From Leptospira sp. (GTDB lineage: Bacteria > Spirochaetota > Leptospiria > Leptospirales > Leptospiraceae), in assembly GCA_034439575.1 (NCBI GenBank), contig JAWXAQ010000027.1, forward strand, positions 96,001 to 160,000: a DNA stretch of 64,000 nt, read 5' to 3'. Shown here in pieces: positions 63,578 to 64,000 of the stretch. The translations under genes and the position numbers were made by a program. Under the pieces are notes generated by a model that ran no database searches, was not told the origin of the DNA, and saw only the letters and a program-made list of their open reading frames with translations. The stretch's first letter is position 1. Every line of letters starts with the position of its first letter.

Positions 63578-63605
63578 AAAGCCGGGTATTCACTCGGCTT
63601 TTTTT
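63578..63605 (+). terminator. Intrinsic (rho-independent) terminator after rpsG
   Basis: AAAGCCGGGT-ATTC-ACTCGGC followed by T7. 7-bp GC-rich stem with one G-U pair. Confidence 0.75.
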
Positions 63606-63611
63606 ATTTGT

Positions 63612-64000
63612 ATGAACTACGTCACAATAGGTATCTTTGCTCACATTGATTCAGGAAAGACTACCTTAACGGAACAAATTCTATTCCAAGCAAATTTGAT
63701 TTCCGCTGTGGGTAATATTGAAGATGGAACTACCGAGTCGGATTCACTCTCAGAAGAAATAGAAAGGGGGATTTCGATACGCTCTAGTTTTCATCTCGTA
63801 CCTTGGGTATTTGAAAATAAAGAATACAAACTTCAATTTGTCGATACGCCAGGTCATATCGATTTTCGTAACCAAGTCACTGATATTTTACCCGCCATAG
63901 AATATGCCATCATTGTTTTGGAAGCAGGCTCCCTTGTTCAATCGCAAGCTCGCCTAATCATCGAAGAATGTAAGGCACACAATATTCCCATGATATTCTT
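63612..64000 (+). CDS. Divergent elongation factor G-like GTPase (5' part; runs off the window end; absent from the ORF track)
   Basis: My translation from ATG 63612: MNYVTIGIFAHIDSGKTTLTEQIL...EEIERGISI...FVDTPGHIDF, containing G1, G2 and G3 motifs. Occupies the fusA position after rpsG. Confidence 0.88.
   Translation, partial: MNYVTIGIFAHIDSGKTTLTEQILFQANLISAVGNIEDGTTESDSLSEEIERGISIRSSFHLVPWVFENKEYKLQFVDTPGHIDFRNQVTDILPAIEYAIIVLEAGSLVQSQARLIIEECKAHNIPMIF

Overview
Bacterial chromosomal window, most likely from a Leptospira (saprophytic-clade-like RpoB/RpoC and ribosomal protein sequences; the assignment is from recognition, not a search). It has two parts. (1) About 1-44,600 is the distal part of a large, very AT-rich surface-glycan (rfb/LPS-type) locus. 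It encodes CDP-3,6-dideoxyhexose enzymes (partial rfbG, rfbH, an RfbJ-like reductase), 3-amino-sugar enzymes (FdtB-like, WxcM/FdtC-like), a GMC oxidoreductase cassette, a FabH-SDR-GNAT-PIG-L acylation cassette, rhamnosyltransferase-like GT2/GT4 enzymes, a WaaL-like ligase and an OafA-like acyltransferase. It also carries five polyprenol-phosphate GT2 enzymes interleaved with about nine multi-pass GT-C-like membrane proteins, including a two-member and a four-member paralog family. (2) About 44,600-64,000 is housekeeping DNA: an App1-like phosphatase, UbiD, rfaD, ArsR, an SDR, a GHKL-like protein, tRNA-Thr and tRNA-Trp, secE-nusG-rplKAJL-rpoBC-rpsL-rpsG, a terminator, and a divergent EF-G-like gene that runs off the end and is missing from the ORF track. 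Best leads: a PemK/MazF-like domain fused to the N-terminus of RfbH, a modular lipid-linked extracytoplasmic glycosylation system, an acetyltransferase-GtrB fusion, and an in-frame premature stop in the GNAT gene. No CRISPR array, IS element, prophage or rRNA was seen.
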